Shown piece after piece: positions 1 to 12,505 of a stretch of 64,000 nt of DNA. A program made the position numbers and the translations under genes. The notes below the pieces were generated by a model that did no database searches, was not told the DNA's origin, and saw only the letters and a list, made by a program, of their open reading frames with translations. Origin of the DNA: Toensbergia leucococca (Eukaryota); the NCBI GenBank assembly GCA_022813965.1, contig JALDZS010000010.1, positions 186,001-250,000 of the forward strand. The letters run 5' to 3'. Within the stretch, counting starts at the first letter, position 1, and every line of letters begins with the position of its first letter.

Positions 1-2
1 AG

Positions 3-572
3 CGCAAGGAAAAATTTCTACAGACCTGGGTATTTGAGTGCAAGTGCGCTCTGTGCATCTACGAGCAAGCGACCCCGAAAAGAATGCTCGGCAAACGAGC
101 AGCGCTGCTTCAGGACCTAGCTGCTGCGTTCGAGGTGACAGACGGGGTGGATTCTGCAAAGGCGGAGCGGCTCCTCGCTGCGATCGAGAAGACCTACCGT
201 TGCCCGGCTGCGGAGGTCCCGCGCTTAGACCTGTGGGAAACGTATCTTGCGCTCGCGCGCTTGCATGCTGAGCGGAAACAGCATGCCAAGGTTGTGGTGG
301 CGCTGTTGAAGCTGTTGGGGTCGCTGGGCTATGTTATTGAGGGGGCGGAGGCTACGGGGGCGGGTGCTGTGGATACTATGCCGGCAAGGGTACAACGGTG
401 GGGACTTGGGGTTGACTGCGCGGTTGAGGTTTGGGTGCGTTTGAGGGAGGCGTATGGGGTTTTGAGACCGGAGTTGGGGAGTTGGGCTGAGGAGTGCGCG
501 AGGATTTGTTGGCGAGTTGGGGTCGGGGTTGAGGGGGGGGTTGAGGAGGTTTGGGGGAGGGGGAATGAGTAG
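3..572 (+). CDS. 3' end of a SET-domain (SMYD/Set5-like) protein with helical C-terminus; truncated by window start
   Basis: The frame of ORF 84..572 is open to position 3 and reads RKEKFLQTWVFECKCALC, matching the post-SET W-x-F-x-C-x-C-x2-C motif. Confidence 0.7.
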   Translation, partial: RKEKFLQTWVFECKCALCIYEQATPKRMLGKRAALLQDLAAAFEVTDGVDSAKAERLLAAIEKTYRCPAAEVPRLDLWETYLALARLHAERKQHAKVVVALLKLLGSLGYVIEGAEATGAGAVDTMPARVQRWGLGVDCAVEVWVRLREAYGVLRPELGSWAEECARICWRVGVGVEGGVEEVWGRGNE

Positions 573-1081
573 GGGGGTTGGGAGGTTGTGGGATATGGTG
601 CTCTGTTTTGTGAGGGATTTTGGGGCAGAGGAAGAGACCTTCTTTTTCCGGGGGAGGTGGAGTCGATGTTATTGTCGATCTAGTTTTTTGGTGAGATTTT
701 GAGGGTGAGGGCTTTGAAGGATTGACTTCTACCTACTCTCATTTGTAGCTTTTTCATCAACTTACACCCCCCCCTCTCGCTCATCATTTCTATGTACAAC
801 AAATAAATCAAAAGCACAGCAACCAAAAGTTACAGCTAATAACTCTATTTCTACTTAATTACTCACCCTTTCAACAGCATAAGCAATTTAGAATCTATCA
901 GACTCTGACTCAGCTCTCACTTTTTCTTGGATTTGAAGGGATGAGAGAAGGTTGTGATGTTAGGTTTTAGGTGGTATGAATGAGGGGTTTTTCTTGGGGG
1001 GGGGTGGGTTTGAGAGGTTTGGTGGGTTGGTGGGTTTGTGGGGTTGTGAGTTTGTGATGAGTTGGTGAGTTGATGATTTGG

Positions 1082-1145
1082 TGAGTTTGATGAGTTTGAT
1101 GAGTTTGATGAGTTTGATGAGTTTGTGAGTTTGTGAGTTTGTGAG
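1082..1145. repeat. Minisatellite (TGAGTTTGA)4(TGAGTTTG)3 within a G/T-rich low-complexity tract
   Basis: Read directly from the sequence. Confidence 0.9.
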
Positions 1146-2327
1146 GGGGGCAGATGAGGGGTTGTGAAGGGGGGGGTTGAAGGGGTAAGGGTGTGAGGAG
1201 GGTGTGAGGGGTGTGAGGAAGGTGAAAGGGGGGGAGAAGAGGAAGTGAAGGAGGAGGAGGGGAAGAGGATTGGGAGGGAAGGGGAGAAGTTTGATAGTTC
1301 TTGCGCACTTGTTAAGCCTTCTTTTTCACGTGAAGCAAAAGCCGGCAGAGGGGCTTGCTTCTTTTTTTTTTTTTTTGTGGGAGGGGGGCTGATTTTTGAG
1401 GGATTTGAGGGATTTTGCGGAGGGGGATTTGTTGGTTGTTGGTGGTGGTGGGATGCAGGGTTTGGGGATTGGGGATAGGGGGGAGGGAGGAGGGAAGGGG
1501 GAAGGGGGAAGGGGGGTGTGGGTTTTTAGGGGTGAAGGGGTAGAGTAGAGGGATGGGACTTCGCTAGGGGGGGGTGAGGGGGAGTTGAAGGGAGAGGGGA
1601 GGTTGATGGAGTGAGAGATACATTTGTGCCTAAGGGAACTTGAGGTGAAAGAATTGAGGCTTTTATTGAATTGAATTGAATTGTGGGGTTTTTGATGGGG
1701 TGGGGATTCTCTTGTGAAGAGTGCGGAGCTGAGTGAGTGGGTGAGTGAATAGGTGAGAACAGCTGATGAAGGTCTTCATAATATAGAAAACCAAACTTTG
1801 CTTACCTGTCTCCTGTGAATGCGGTTTCGGATTTCTGTCTTTCTCTTCGGTTCGCATAAGTCATTGATGGAGCTTTCGTGCGTTTGGTTGTTTGCGGTAT
1901 TGGCTGTTTAGCTGTTTTACTTTTTCTCTCCTCTTTTGGCAGAAAGTATCTCGACCATGTGAATGTTGCGAGGTGGTCCATCCATCAGTTGAGAAAGTGG
2001 AGGATTGGATTTTTGCAATAAGCATTTCAGGTGGCGTGAAACTCTGATCTCGTTTACGGTTTATGTGAGTGTGTCTGAGTCTTGTCAATGTATGAACATG
2101 CTACTCGTGCAAAGTATATATAGCGCACTCACCTCTCTTTCTCGCAGTCTTTCTCTCACCGTGATCAGGTTTTGTATCTCAAAGTCGACCTTGAATTATA
2201 TCCATCTTCCACTTTCAATATAAATAACAGTAAAGTCATCTTTCTTTGAAAGAAAGAGGCCCAAAGTCTGCCGTGAACCCGACAACAAATCCTCTTCCAC
2301 GGCCAGTTACCAAACTGCTCTGAGACC

Positions 2328-3562
2328 ATGGCAACCGATTCCTCAGCAGTGACTGATCGTCCTTGTTGCCTCTTAAGTCTCCCACGAGGTCAGTCCACTC
2401 CTTAAAAGGGAACTGCGTAGCTAGATTGATAACAATAAATCCCCCAGAATTGCGAGACATGATATGGAACAATCTTTTTTGGAGCCCTTTGCCAATCCGC
2501 CCAGAAACTCGTCTTCACAAAAAAGTCTCAAAGAATCCATACTATAGAGTCGTTCACCCCGATCACATTATGGATTTCGATGATGGCACACACTGCCATT
2601 TCTGGCCATATGAGACAATTGAGGAGGAGACGCCTGAAATTTATCAGTCCATTGGTGGAGTATCAATCTTGACCACCTGCTCCCAGATCAACGCAGAAGG
2701 AGGCCTTGTTCTGTATGGCAAGAACACCTTTTCCTTCAACAGCGGGCAGTGCATCTATCGGCACTATGAGGACGTAAAACCAGAACCTTGTCTCCCTTGC
2801 ACGATTCCCAGGAAGAAAATAAAAGACATATCTCGAATATTTAAAAAGAATTGGTTCCAACCAGAATGGATATGGCTTGATCCCTTCTTTCGGTTTTTCA
2901 AGACCATTGGTCAAAGTAATGCAGAGAAGATACGCCAAATTAAAATAAGTGGGGAACGTGGAAAGGATCCTTCTGCTTGGGCCACTGTTGGTAGTCCAAG
3001 TATTGGTCAGGTGTTGGAGATATATTGCGTCTTCATGGATAAATTTCTGAAGGACCTGGATAAATTGACGATCGACACAGATCATGATGGGAAGCCAATA
3101 TATTCTCACATTTTTAAAAGAGTGGTGGAGAAGATGCCAAATCTGAAAAGACTCGAAGCTACAAGTAGATCGGCAGAGAAGAAACAGCAGGCCGAATTCT
3201 GGTGTCGATTTGTAAAGAGCCGAGCCGAAGAGCGGGAAGCAAAAGCTCTTCGCACTCTCAGGCAGCAGGCCACGAATGGTCGGGAGAGTAGTGACAAGAC
3301 TCAGATGTCAGCAAATGGAGACTCGAACCAGAACGAGTCTGCCTCTGCACAAGACAAGGAGACAAATGGCCCCAAAAAGGGTAAAAGGTGGAGATACCTC
3401 GTCGAGTGTCATTACTGCCACAAAAAAGGGCATAAAGTGTCACAATGTTGGAAAATGCGTGAGCTGTTCTGGCCCGAGCGCAACGACGATGCGAGATCGG
3501 GAAAATTTTGGACAGATTGGAGAGGGGATCGAGATCGCGATCCTGGATGTCGGTGGTTGTAA
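2328..3562 (+). CDS. F-box-like protein with C-terminal CCHC zinc knuckle; 2 exons (intron 2389-2447)
   Basis: Splicing GTCAGT..CCCCAG joins MATDSSAVTDRPCCLLSLPR to ELRDMIW, giving an F-box-like LLSLPxELRDMIW. Also the ILTTCSQINAEG..LYGKNTFSF motif and CHYCHKKGHKVSQC (CX2CX4HX4C). Confidence 0.75.
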
Positions 3563-4203
3563 AAACTTTAGCACATCAACAATCGAAAGGAACGCCCATC
3601 ACGAAACTACTTACTATTTTAACAATAAGATCGTATAATCATCATGTGATGTTAAAACCTTTCATGCCGCCCTTTCTAGAAATGTACACAGAAGACATGA
3701 ATATTACCCATTCATTTCACTCAAAAGCCCCTTGATTTGTACCTTGCGGCATCCCGTGCCTACCTATTCCTCAGGAACATCACTATGGCATAAGCGTCCG
3801 AAGCACTCGTTCAGAGGACAAATGTAGAAGACAGAATATTGATGAAGCTTTGACAGTTATATAACATAGATACCAACAGATTGGTAAGAGGATTTGAAGT
3901 TGAAAATTTAGGGAAGCTAGTTGAGGTCGTTGTGAGCAACAAGAAGCATGGAGGCAACGACAGAGAAGGGATAGAGAGATGATGGAAAAGAAGAGAGAAT
4001 CTGCAAGACCATAAGGAGATCAAGCCCCGTCAGTGAACATACCATGTCTTGGTCGCTGAACCCTATTACGCCGACTGAGAATGAATCCAAAAAGAGAGAT
4101 TCCGTTCCCACGCTAAAGATGCCATCCTATCCATACTCCCGCTTGTGTGCATACGCGTACGGTATCCAGTCCCGATAATCAATGACAAAAAGAATCTTCT
4201 TCT

Positions 4204-6003
4204 TCACTCAACCATAGTTGAACCATCCCCATCCCATAATCTTCGCATCATATCATCCAATCCATCAACTTCAAAATTGTCTTCGTCCCCTCCGACTTCG
4301 AATCTCACCCTTCCCCTACTCCTAGGACTTGAAGCTGCACTTGGAATTGACCCTACACTCGGGCTCGTGCCCGAAGTTTCCTCTCCTCCGTCCCTTTCTC
4401 TTTCCCCACTCTTGTGCGCTCTCTTCCCCCGCTCCTTCCCATGCACTCTTCCTATCCCGAGAGCAACCAAATTATTATACCGTCTCCCGTTCCAAAACTC
4501 CAGACCAGCCTGTTCCCACTGCCTCACTCTTCTTTCCGCACTCTTTTCACCCATAGTTGAAACAGCATTTGCACCGTGCATCATTATCAGTGGTGGAGAT
4601 ACAGCGGGAGCATGAGCCGGCTCTCGATTCGATGACATTCGCTGCAGATCAAGTTTTAGTTGAGTACGTGATAAACCGCCTTCTCTGCGGTCGAGCGCTG
4701 ATTCATAAGGACTCGCCACACGCGCATATCCGGGTGTGCCCGCTTGAGGCGGGGAGTCCAGATGTTCTCCACTATTGACAGCGCGAGAATTACTCACATT
4801 TCCCGTCGGTTTGGCTCGACGCGAGAGATCAAGATTATCATTGACAGAAGACGAGACTGGAGATCTAGAGGCGTGCTCTTGTCGATGTCTCTGATTGTGG
4901 TGTATATGAGCCAGTGTGGAATGAAGTTGGGATATTGATCCAGGAGTCGCGCTACCAGATGAGGAGCCAGTCGGATTAAGGAAACGAGATATGCCATCTG
5001 ATGTCATACTTGGGTCACTATTCAGATTTGGTTCTTGACGAGTATAGAAACTTGGCGAGCCGCGCGAAATGGAAGGGTCAACACTCGCAGATACAGACGA
5101 CATTAAGGGCTCAATCTTGCTGGAGGCGCGGTGATTGAGAAGGCGATATGTTACAGCATCCGCGTCTGGAAAATTTGAAGGATCATGAGATGAATAGGAA
5201 CCTTGGTGGTACGTGGGTTCGAGATTCGAACGACGAGAATCAGATTGCGGTGGTGAGTGGGACGAAGACGCTGGGGAATTTTCGGGAGATGGTTCAAGGG
5301 GCATGTGCATTGGCGGAGATCCGTCAGCTCGTGGCATTTTTGGAGCAGTCACATTCTGTCTAGTAGTATCTGGAGACTGTGAGCCACTCTCCTCTGCCCA
5401 TTCGTCGTCATGTACGTCGTCCCCTGTTGAAAAGCGGACTTTTTGATTCGACAGCACTTGATCAGTACTATCATGACTCAGGTGAGAGCGGTGTAGCGGT
5501 GCTTTTTGTTTTCCGTTGGTCAATTGATTGCTTGAGCCATTCCGTTTGAGTGGCAGGTTCGATTTGTTTCTTTTGATGGAGCCGTCCGAACTTATCCTAG
5601 GTAATGCAGTAGTAGAAGTGTTGGGCTTGAGGGATAGACTTGACAAGTTCTTCTTCATGGACACTTTGGAACTTGTTCTAGGCAGTACCGTGGCCGAGGT
5701 ATTCCGCTTGATGTTGTGCAACATGGGACTCGTTGAAGTGCCGATCTTGGGAGAATCTGGGCCATTATTGTCGGGAACTTGAGTAAGCTTTGATAGCTTG
5801 TTCAATCCTTTCCCATATGAAGTATTCCTATTATGCGGAAGGCGGGAGTGGCTGACGGTATGGACCTTGTGTGGCCTATGAGGACCCTTGTGCGACGGCG
5901 AGTGGAGTGGTGCAGAAGGAGATGCTCGCATGACGGATTGACTTGAGCTCCTCTCGTTCAAGGATGGGCGCCTCACTGGAGATGGAGAGTCACGGTTTGG
6001 CAT
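4204..6003 (-). CDS. TCO89: TORC1 subunit Tco89-like protein (Ser-rich, largely disordered)
   Basis: 599-aa single ORF with the SRTQLKLDLQR motif (resembling Tco89 SRTQQKLWLQR), a DDEWAEES acidic patch and a C-terminal RRLW. Confidence 0.7.
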   Translation of the reverse strand: MPNRDSPSPVRRPSLNERSSSQSVMRASPSAPLHSPSHKGPHRPHKVHTVSHSRLPHNRNTSYGKGLNKLSKLTQVPDNNGPDSPKIGTSTSPMLHNIKRNTSATVLPRTSSKVSMKKNLSSLSLKPNTSTTALPRISSDGSIKRNKSNLPLKRNGSSNQLTNGKQKAPLHRSHLSHDSTDQVLSNQKVRFSTGDDVHDDEWAEESGSQSPDTTRQNVTAPKMPRADGSPPMHMPLEPSPENSPASSSHSPPQSDSRRSNLEPTYHQGSYSSHDPSNFPDADAVTYRLLNHRASSKIEPLMSSVSASVDPSISRGSPSFYTRQEPNLNSDPSMTSDGISRFLNPTGSSSGSATPGSISQLHSTLAHIHHNQRHRQEHASRSPVSSSVNDNLDLSRRAKPTGNVSNSRAVNSGEHLDSPPQAGTPGYARVASPYESALDRREGGLSRTQLKLDLQRMSSNREPAHAPAVSPPLIMMHGANAVSTMGEKSAERRVRQWEQAGLEFWNGRRYNNLVALGIGRVHGKERGKRAHKSGERERDGGEETSGTSPSVGSIPSAASSPRSRGRVRFEVGGDEDNFEVDGLDDMMRRLWDGDGSTMVE

Positions 6004-7274
6004 AACGTCGAATGGTAATTAATAGTTGAGCTTTTCTTCAAGCTGGTGTGTTTTGCTGAGATTTAACAAGAGCAGGCGAAATGGTCGGTCTCGTCGAAGG
6101 TCAGTAGTCAGCATAGTGATTGTTAACTGATGATATCGGACCTTCTATGGCGGTGAGTGAAGTTGAGTCGCAATTGAGTCGGTGCCGTCAAGCATGCCAG
6201 CAAGCAATTCGCGCATGCGCATTGGCCAATCAGATGCCATCGACGTCATTGCTGATCCACCGAGGTCGCATTTCACGTGGAATCGAGGATGATTTATTTA
6301 CGAATACTCCTAGGGGCCCTAGGGGGGTAGTTAATACACGTGCCGACGTTCAACATTAATTTTATCTTTTATCAGCAGCAAATACGAGTACTCTATTCAT
6401 AATCTTGAGGTGCTAGAGAATAATGTGAATCATTGTGACTTTTCTGCTAGAGTGCCTTCAAACTTCCTCCTAATCTCCTATCTCCACCATGAACATTTCA
6501 GCTCATGCCACTATCATAAATGCATCAATTGTATTATAGTAGTGTAACAAAATTCTCAAACGACAATAATACCTAATCCATTGTCATAATGTCTCCGCTG
6601 CACATTACTCAAGCTTTCTCTTCAAGACGCTCTTGCAACCCGACACCAAAGAACATTCCTACCAAAGCCAAAAGCCTTTCCACACAATAGCTCCGCCCTC
6701 CAGTAACCCAGAGTAGGTAGACTTGATTCACCACCCGAAGAAGCAGTTATATCGCTTGATTTATATGTGATTCTTATACAGAGGAGACAGCATGTACAAG
6801 AATGAGCAGGGGAGCCGTGGATCGGAAGGGGGACGTATTCAACGAAGAATCCAATTTATGAGAGAGTCGAACAGGCGTATCAATGGACAATTCCTTCAGT
6901 GTGATGAGTTGCAACTATTCATCATCTATCATAATACATAGCTTAGTACTTATTGACATGAAACACTGATTGACGATCAAGTTGTATCCGTATCCATGCT
7001 CGCCACGTTCTCGATAACGGGGCCTAGACCCTAAGTGGAAGTCTGCGACGCCAACCTTGCTGCCGATCTATTCTACCTAGCTATTCTACACCAAAATATC
7101 TGGGTTCATTGCCGAGGTTAGCGGCCAGTCACGACTCCCAACTTCCAAGCTCGGCCAGCCCTTTGCACTTTCTCCCGGCGAACAGAATGATTGTCGAAAC
7201 ATTGCTCTTTTAGTTTTTGCAAATCCAGTTCTGACATTGTTACTCCGTACCCCATCATCAAAAGCTCCAGCACC

Positions 7275-10200
7275 ATGGCTTCGAAAGAAGAAGACCTAGT
7301 CGAGCCACCACCAGCTGAAGAGAGGCTGGCCCAAGACTTGGCCGCCAAGTCTCCAAAGAACGGAATCCCTCCAAAACGTCTTTCGACAGCCCGTGTAGCA
7401 CCACCTGCCACTAGTCTGACGAAGCCTGCTGCACGACCGTCAAATACAACCATGTCTCCATCAGCACGCCGCCCTCCGACCAGCGTCACCGCTGCAACTG
7501 CTGCTAGCTCACATCGGTCAAGGCCTTCGCTGAATTCCATTGATTGGAGCAAAAAAGGGGAGAACAGCCCATTAGAAGAAAAAAAGAAATCTGCCCTCAC
7601 CAAACGAGTATCCATAGCAGACCTAGCCTCGTCACACTCCTCAGCGAAGCCACTTTCATCCATAGATCGACGCTCTACTTTGGGCCCAAGTACGAATCTA
7701 GACAGGACGGCCATTTCGAATCGAATGAGCTCTGTGAGTCCTACCAAGTCGGCCATGAAGACTACCACGAAGCCAAGTCGGCCTCTGTTGATGTCCAGTG
7801 TGTCACGAAGTACCAGACCTGCAAAATCCTCCACTCGTGATATGAATAGCCCATCTGCATCGGCGTCTGTATCTGAAGTAAACAATAATCAGCAGAGCAC
7901 CATGCCAGCTTTAGACGCCAGGGAATCGTCCGAAACAACATTACTAGCCCTTGGACCATTAGAAGAATCGGCTCCTGCGAAGCCACTTCGCCCAGGATTC
8001 GTATCTCGAAAATCTACAATGTCAGTCACGATTGAGCAAAGACTTCGTGAGATGGAGCTTGTTAACCAAATGCTGCGCGCGGCCATGGCTGAAGATGGCG
8101 ACCAGGACGATGAGACAAAAGAGGAATACGGCAAGAAGGCAGATGAGACTTTAGCATCCCTCAGAATCAAGTTGGAAGAGGCAAGGAGGAATGAAGGAAT
8201 AGGAGCCTCGAACGAGAGTAGTGGCAGAGCACTTTCGCCCACACAATTAGAGATTTCAGCAGAAAGCAATAGTCAAGTAAATTTGACCACACCAACAACA
8301 GACGCCGCTCAGGCCTGTGATACAACAACCACAGATCTTGACAAAGCGAAATGTACTCTAACTGAAAATTCTGAACAGGTTAGTACAGCTTATCCTTTGG
8401 GAAAATACTTCAGAAACACATGTGTTTGCCCTTTCACATGCCGCCAAAGCAACTATTTTAATACCTTCATCTTTCTCCTTTCCAGTTTCTTCATCTTCTC
8501 GATTTCTTCATCTTCTCAGTTCCTTCATCTTTCTAGTTCTCTCACCATTCTAATATTGAATTACAGATCTCGAGTCTACAAGCAGAAGTCATGTTGTTGG
8601 AGACTAAGGTACTTCAAGGCCGTCAAGCGGCCGAGGACGTGTCCCGAAAACTTGAAGATGCCGTTGATAGCAACAGAAGGGAGTATTTTTCGAAAATTGA
8701 AGAGCTCGCAGAACGCCACGCAGAGGAATTAATAGATGCTCAAACTCGACTCGAAGACGCGGAGGCTGACCATAAACTGTATCTCGAGACATCGGTTTTT
8801 CCTTCCGCGGAAAGGTATCGACTGGATACACTCAAGGCTGCTGAAGGATTTGCCAAATCACTTGAAGCACAGAAGCAGGATCATGCACGGGAAATCGAGG
8901 CTCTAGAGGAACGACATCGACTAGCCGTACTCAAGGTGGCTGAAGAGTCTGCCATTTCTTCAAAGGCCACCCGACAGGACCATACACAGGCAATGAAAAG
9001 ACTAGAAAATCAATTGGCCCACGAGAAGCTCCGTACATTCGATGCAGCTTCGAAGCTGGACATCCTGTCAACCGAAGTGCATACACTGAATTGCCGTCTA
9101 AACGAGGAACGGCACAATACAACAAGAATAGTAGACGACATCATAGAACAACATTCTCTTCAATATGCGCTTATCGAGGTAGAGAATGACCGAGTTGTCA
9201 TGGCCAAGGGTCAGGACATCCTAGCCCTTCAATCCGAGATTCGCGACTTGCGAGTGAGTCACAGCCGTAAGATCGAGAAAGCTGATGCCCTCGCATCGGA
9301 ACGAATTTCGACTTTCGAATCTGAGCTCGCTCAACTCCACCAAAGAGTCCGCGAACTTGAAACCAGCGCAGATACGGCCTCGACACATCATGCTGAGTTA
9401 ATCCGAGCCAAAGACGAAGAAATTGATAGTCTTGGCTGTAGACTTCGCGAGCTTGAAAATAGCACCATGACAACCTCAACAGACAGCACCGAGATACTTC
9501 GGGCTAGGGACGAAGACATTGCAAGCCTCAGGAGTAAACTTCGCGAACTTAAGAGCACTATAGATGTGACCTCTGCGAACCATAGCGAGACAATTTGGCA
9601 CAAAGATCAAGAGATTGAGACCATGAGCAACGTTGTTGAAAGGCTCCAGGACAAGTTGCAGCAAATCCACGAGGTAAAGGAGCGAGAAGTCGACTCGAGC
9701 AAGATTCAAATGATTCAAGAGCACGAGGAGATTGTGTCAGTAATCCGGGCTCAGCACGAATTAGCGTTAATTGAAATTGAAGAACGTGCTCAAGCAGAGG
9801 CTGTAGAGACAAGAAGACTCCAGGATTCTTATGACGTTCTCAATTCAGCTCAACATCAAGAAGAATATGACATTCTCTTTCAAGCTCAACAGCGAGAGCT
9901 CGAGGAGCAGAGTGAATTGCGAAAGTCTATCGAGTCGTTGACGGAAGAGAAGACTCATATGCAAGAACAAATAGATTGTATGCAGCTAGACTCCGATAAA
10001 TTCTTGAAATGGTCCAATGAAAAGCTGGAAGAATCTAACCTGGCCTTGGAAAACATGGAGATGACGTACAAGGAAAAAACTTCAGCTCTCGATCAAGTCG
10101 TACAAGACTTGACACGATCGAAACAGGCATTACAGGATACTGTAAACTACTTGATATCCGACTATTCCGGAACACACGCCAACCATATGCAACATATAGA

Positions 10201-10910
10201 GAGATGCGAGAGCGCTTTAGAAACATCAATGGCTGAGAATATGTCTGCTGCCAATGAGAACCAAAGGCTAATAGAGAGAATGCGAGATGTGAAAGCAGAG
10301 CGTGAACAACTATCAGAACAGCTCCAGCAGTCCCAAGTCTCGGCCGAGAAATATGCTACTCGAGTTCGCGAGGTGGAGGCCGCTCTCAAAGTGACTACGG
10401 CTGAACTGACGGAAATGAAAACCAAGAGAGCGAACGGAAGCGAGTTTGCTACTAGCCCTGCACCGAAGGCTGGCTTGCGCTCGAGCAGATGGGCGGTTGC
10501 GAGTACGAATGGTGATGAGGATGGAAATGGAGTTGGTGCGGAAGGTGATGGGGTTGGAATTTCTTTGATCGAGGGAACTGTGAGACGCCAATTTTCTTTT
10601 GTCTCTAAAGCTATGTTTTTTAAAACAGCAAAAGATTTCTCGTGGTGCAATATGCTGACATTCTCGGATCGAAACAGATGGCCGGCATGAAAGAGCAAAT
10701 CAAGCAATTGGAAGGCGTGAACGAGGACATGCTGGATGAAACCAAAAGGTATGTTGATCTTTTCCCTCCTTTCAAGCTGCCTCCATTTGTATTCGCCTCT
10801 TCTTTTCAAGAGAAAATATACATATTTCTTTGAAAGGAATCTAATTGGTGCATACCAGACTCGTTGATATGATCACTCGTGTTTCGGAAACTAGACTTGA
10901 TGGTAACTGA
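7275..10910 (+). CDS. Large coiled-coil protein with Ser/Thr/Pro-rich N-terminus; exons 7275-8378, 8567-10579, 10678-10748, 10859-10910
   Basis: Canonical GT..AG introns join ORFs 7191..8732, 8591..10690 and 10642..10833 in frame and end at TGA 10908-10910. Sequence is rich in E/K/L heptads. Confidence 0.8.
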
Positions 10911-11583
10911 GCCCTTATATATTAATCTGGCATGGCATTAGGGGTGGGTTAGAGGTTTAAATGTTTCGGGTAGAGGGATTTCGGCATGCATGGTTTCTAC
11001 GGCGAAGGTATCGATACCCATTGTATGTTTAGGGCTAGGCTGTATGTCATTCACTTAGAAGTGGGCATTGTTATTTTTTGAGGAGGGGTGTCCCGGGGCT
11101 GTGGGGTGTTTTACTATTGTGGGGTTGAGGGGGAGAGAGGGGGGGTGCGGATGGCTGTGGGCTTAGACTGCTTGTAGTATTAATACCTACATTTTTTGTT
11201 ACGCCATGTCTCTGTCTTTTGGTCTCATTCTATGCGGGCTTGTGAGATCCTCTCTGAATTTCTTTCTGAGATCTCTGTGTGTGTTGTTGATTTCATAACC
11301 TGGGGTTTTTAGCTTTTTGCTTTACCCCCTTTTTTTTGTGAGGAGGGGTCTTTTGAATTTTTGGGGGGGTTTTTCTTATTGTTTTTTGAGGGATTGAAGC
11401 TGAAGGTGAAAGGGAAGGGAAGAAAGGGGTGTAGTGAGCGTTCTTTTTTCTTGTGTGAGTTTGTTTTGATGTAGATGTGTTATTTTTGTTTTTCGCTTGT
11501 GATTGTGCTGATGAAACTCACCTCTCATCCCCTCTCATCTCATCCTCAACTCACTCCCCCCTTGCAACAAAAAAACCCCTTTC

Positions 11584-11644
11584 AAAAAAAAAAAAAAAAA
11601 TCAAAAAAGATCAAAAAGGCAAAGATAGTCATCACCTTTTTTTC

Positions 11645-11675
<31 letters not shown>
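11584..11675. repeat. Poly(A) tracts (A17 and A30) in the convergent intergenic region
   Basis: Read directly from the sequence. Confidence 0.9.
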
Positions 11676-11677
<2 letters not shown>

Positions 11678-12505
11678 ATTCCCCTATAGCAGATCCTTTC
11701 AAACGTCACACAACCCCTTACAAAACTTTCTCATGTCACACACACACTCACAAAAACCCTCACAACTTCTTTCACCCCCCTCACTTCTCACTTCTCACTT
11801 CTCAACCTCTCACTCCTTACCAAAGCCCCCTCCGCCCCCTCAAAAAAAAAATAAAATCAAAAAAAGACAGGGATAAACACATAAATACATATTACACCCC
11901 CCCCCCCTCCCCCAACTCCTTCACGAATACCCAACACATTTTACTCAGAACAAGATAACAAAATACTCAAACCCCCCAAAACAACCCTCACCCCATCTAC
12001 CAAAGCCCTCAATTTCGAACCATGCCATTCCACTCAAACAAAAAAAAAACACCGGCAATAAGAGCCCGAGGGTCGGATTTCTGAAATGCCAGATCCGTGC
12101 GATTTGCAGGATTTATCGGGCTACTGCAAGCATGAGGTACTATCTAGTCAAGACCTCGGTAATCAAAGAAATGATCGATTTTGATGAGAGTCATTGAAAC
12201 TTTAGAAATGGGATGATGGTTCTCAACATTCGGTCCGTGAGAGTAGATAGAGTGAGGGGCCAAAAAAATATATATAATAATGCGATTAGAAACCGAAAAG
12301 TGAACCGTCCATACAACACATTCCATTAGGGGAAAAAAAACCGAACCGAGCACCACCCGCCGCCCCCCCCAATTCCCATCCCAAGGAAAACAAAAGGCCG
12401 GGTATTCCATCAAATTAAAAATGTACCCAGCAAAAAAAAACCAAAAACATATCCCATGCGCCAAGCTCCTACCGCCCACTGCTCACATCCCACCATCGCA
12501 AATCC

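Noticed and set aside
967..1478. ORFs 967..1308 (QTH repeats) and 1245..1478
   Set aside because: They are translations of minisatellite and low-complexity DNA with no gene-like features.
11475..11876. Poly-Lys ORFs
   Set aside because: Artefacts of poly(A) tracts; no adjacent retroelement sequence or target-site duplication seen.
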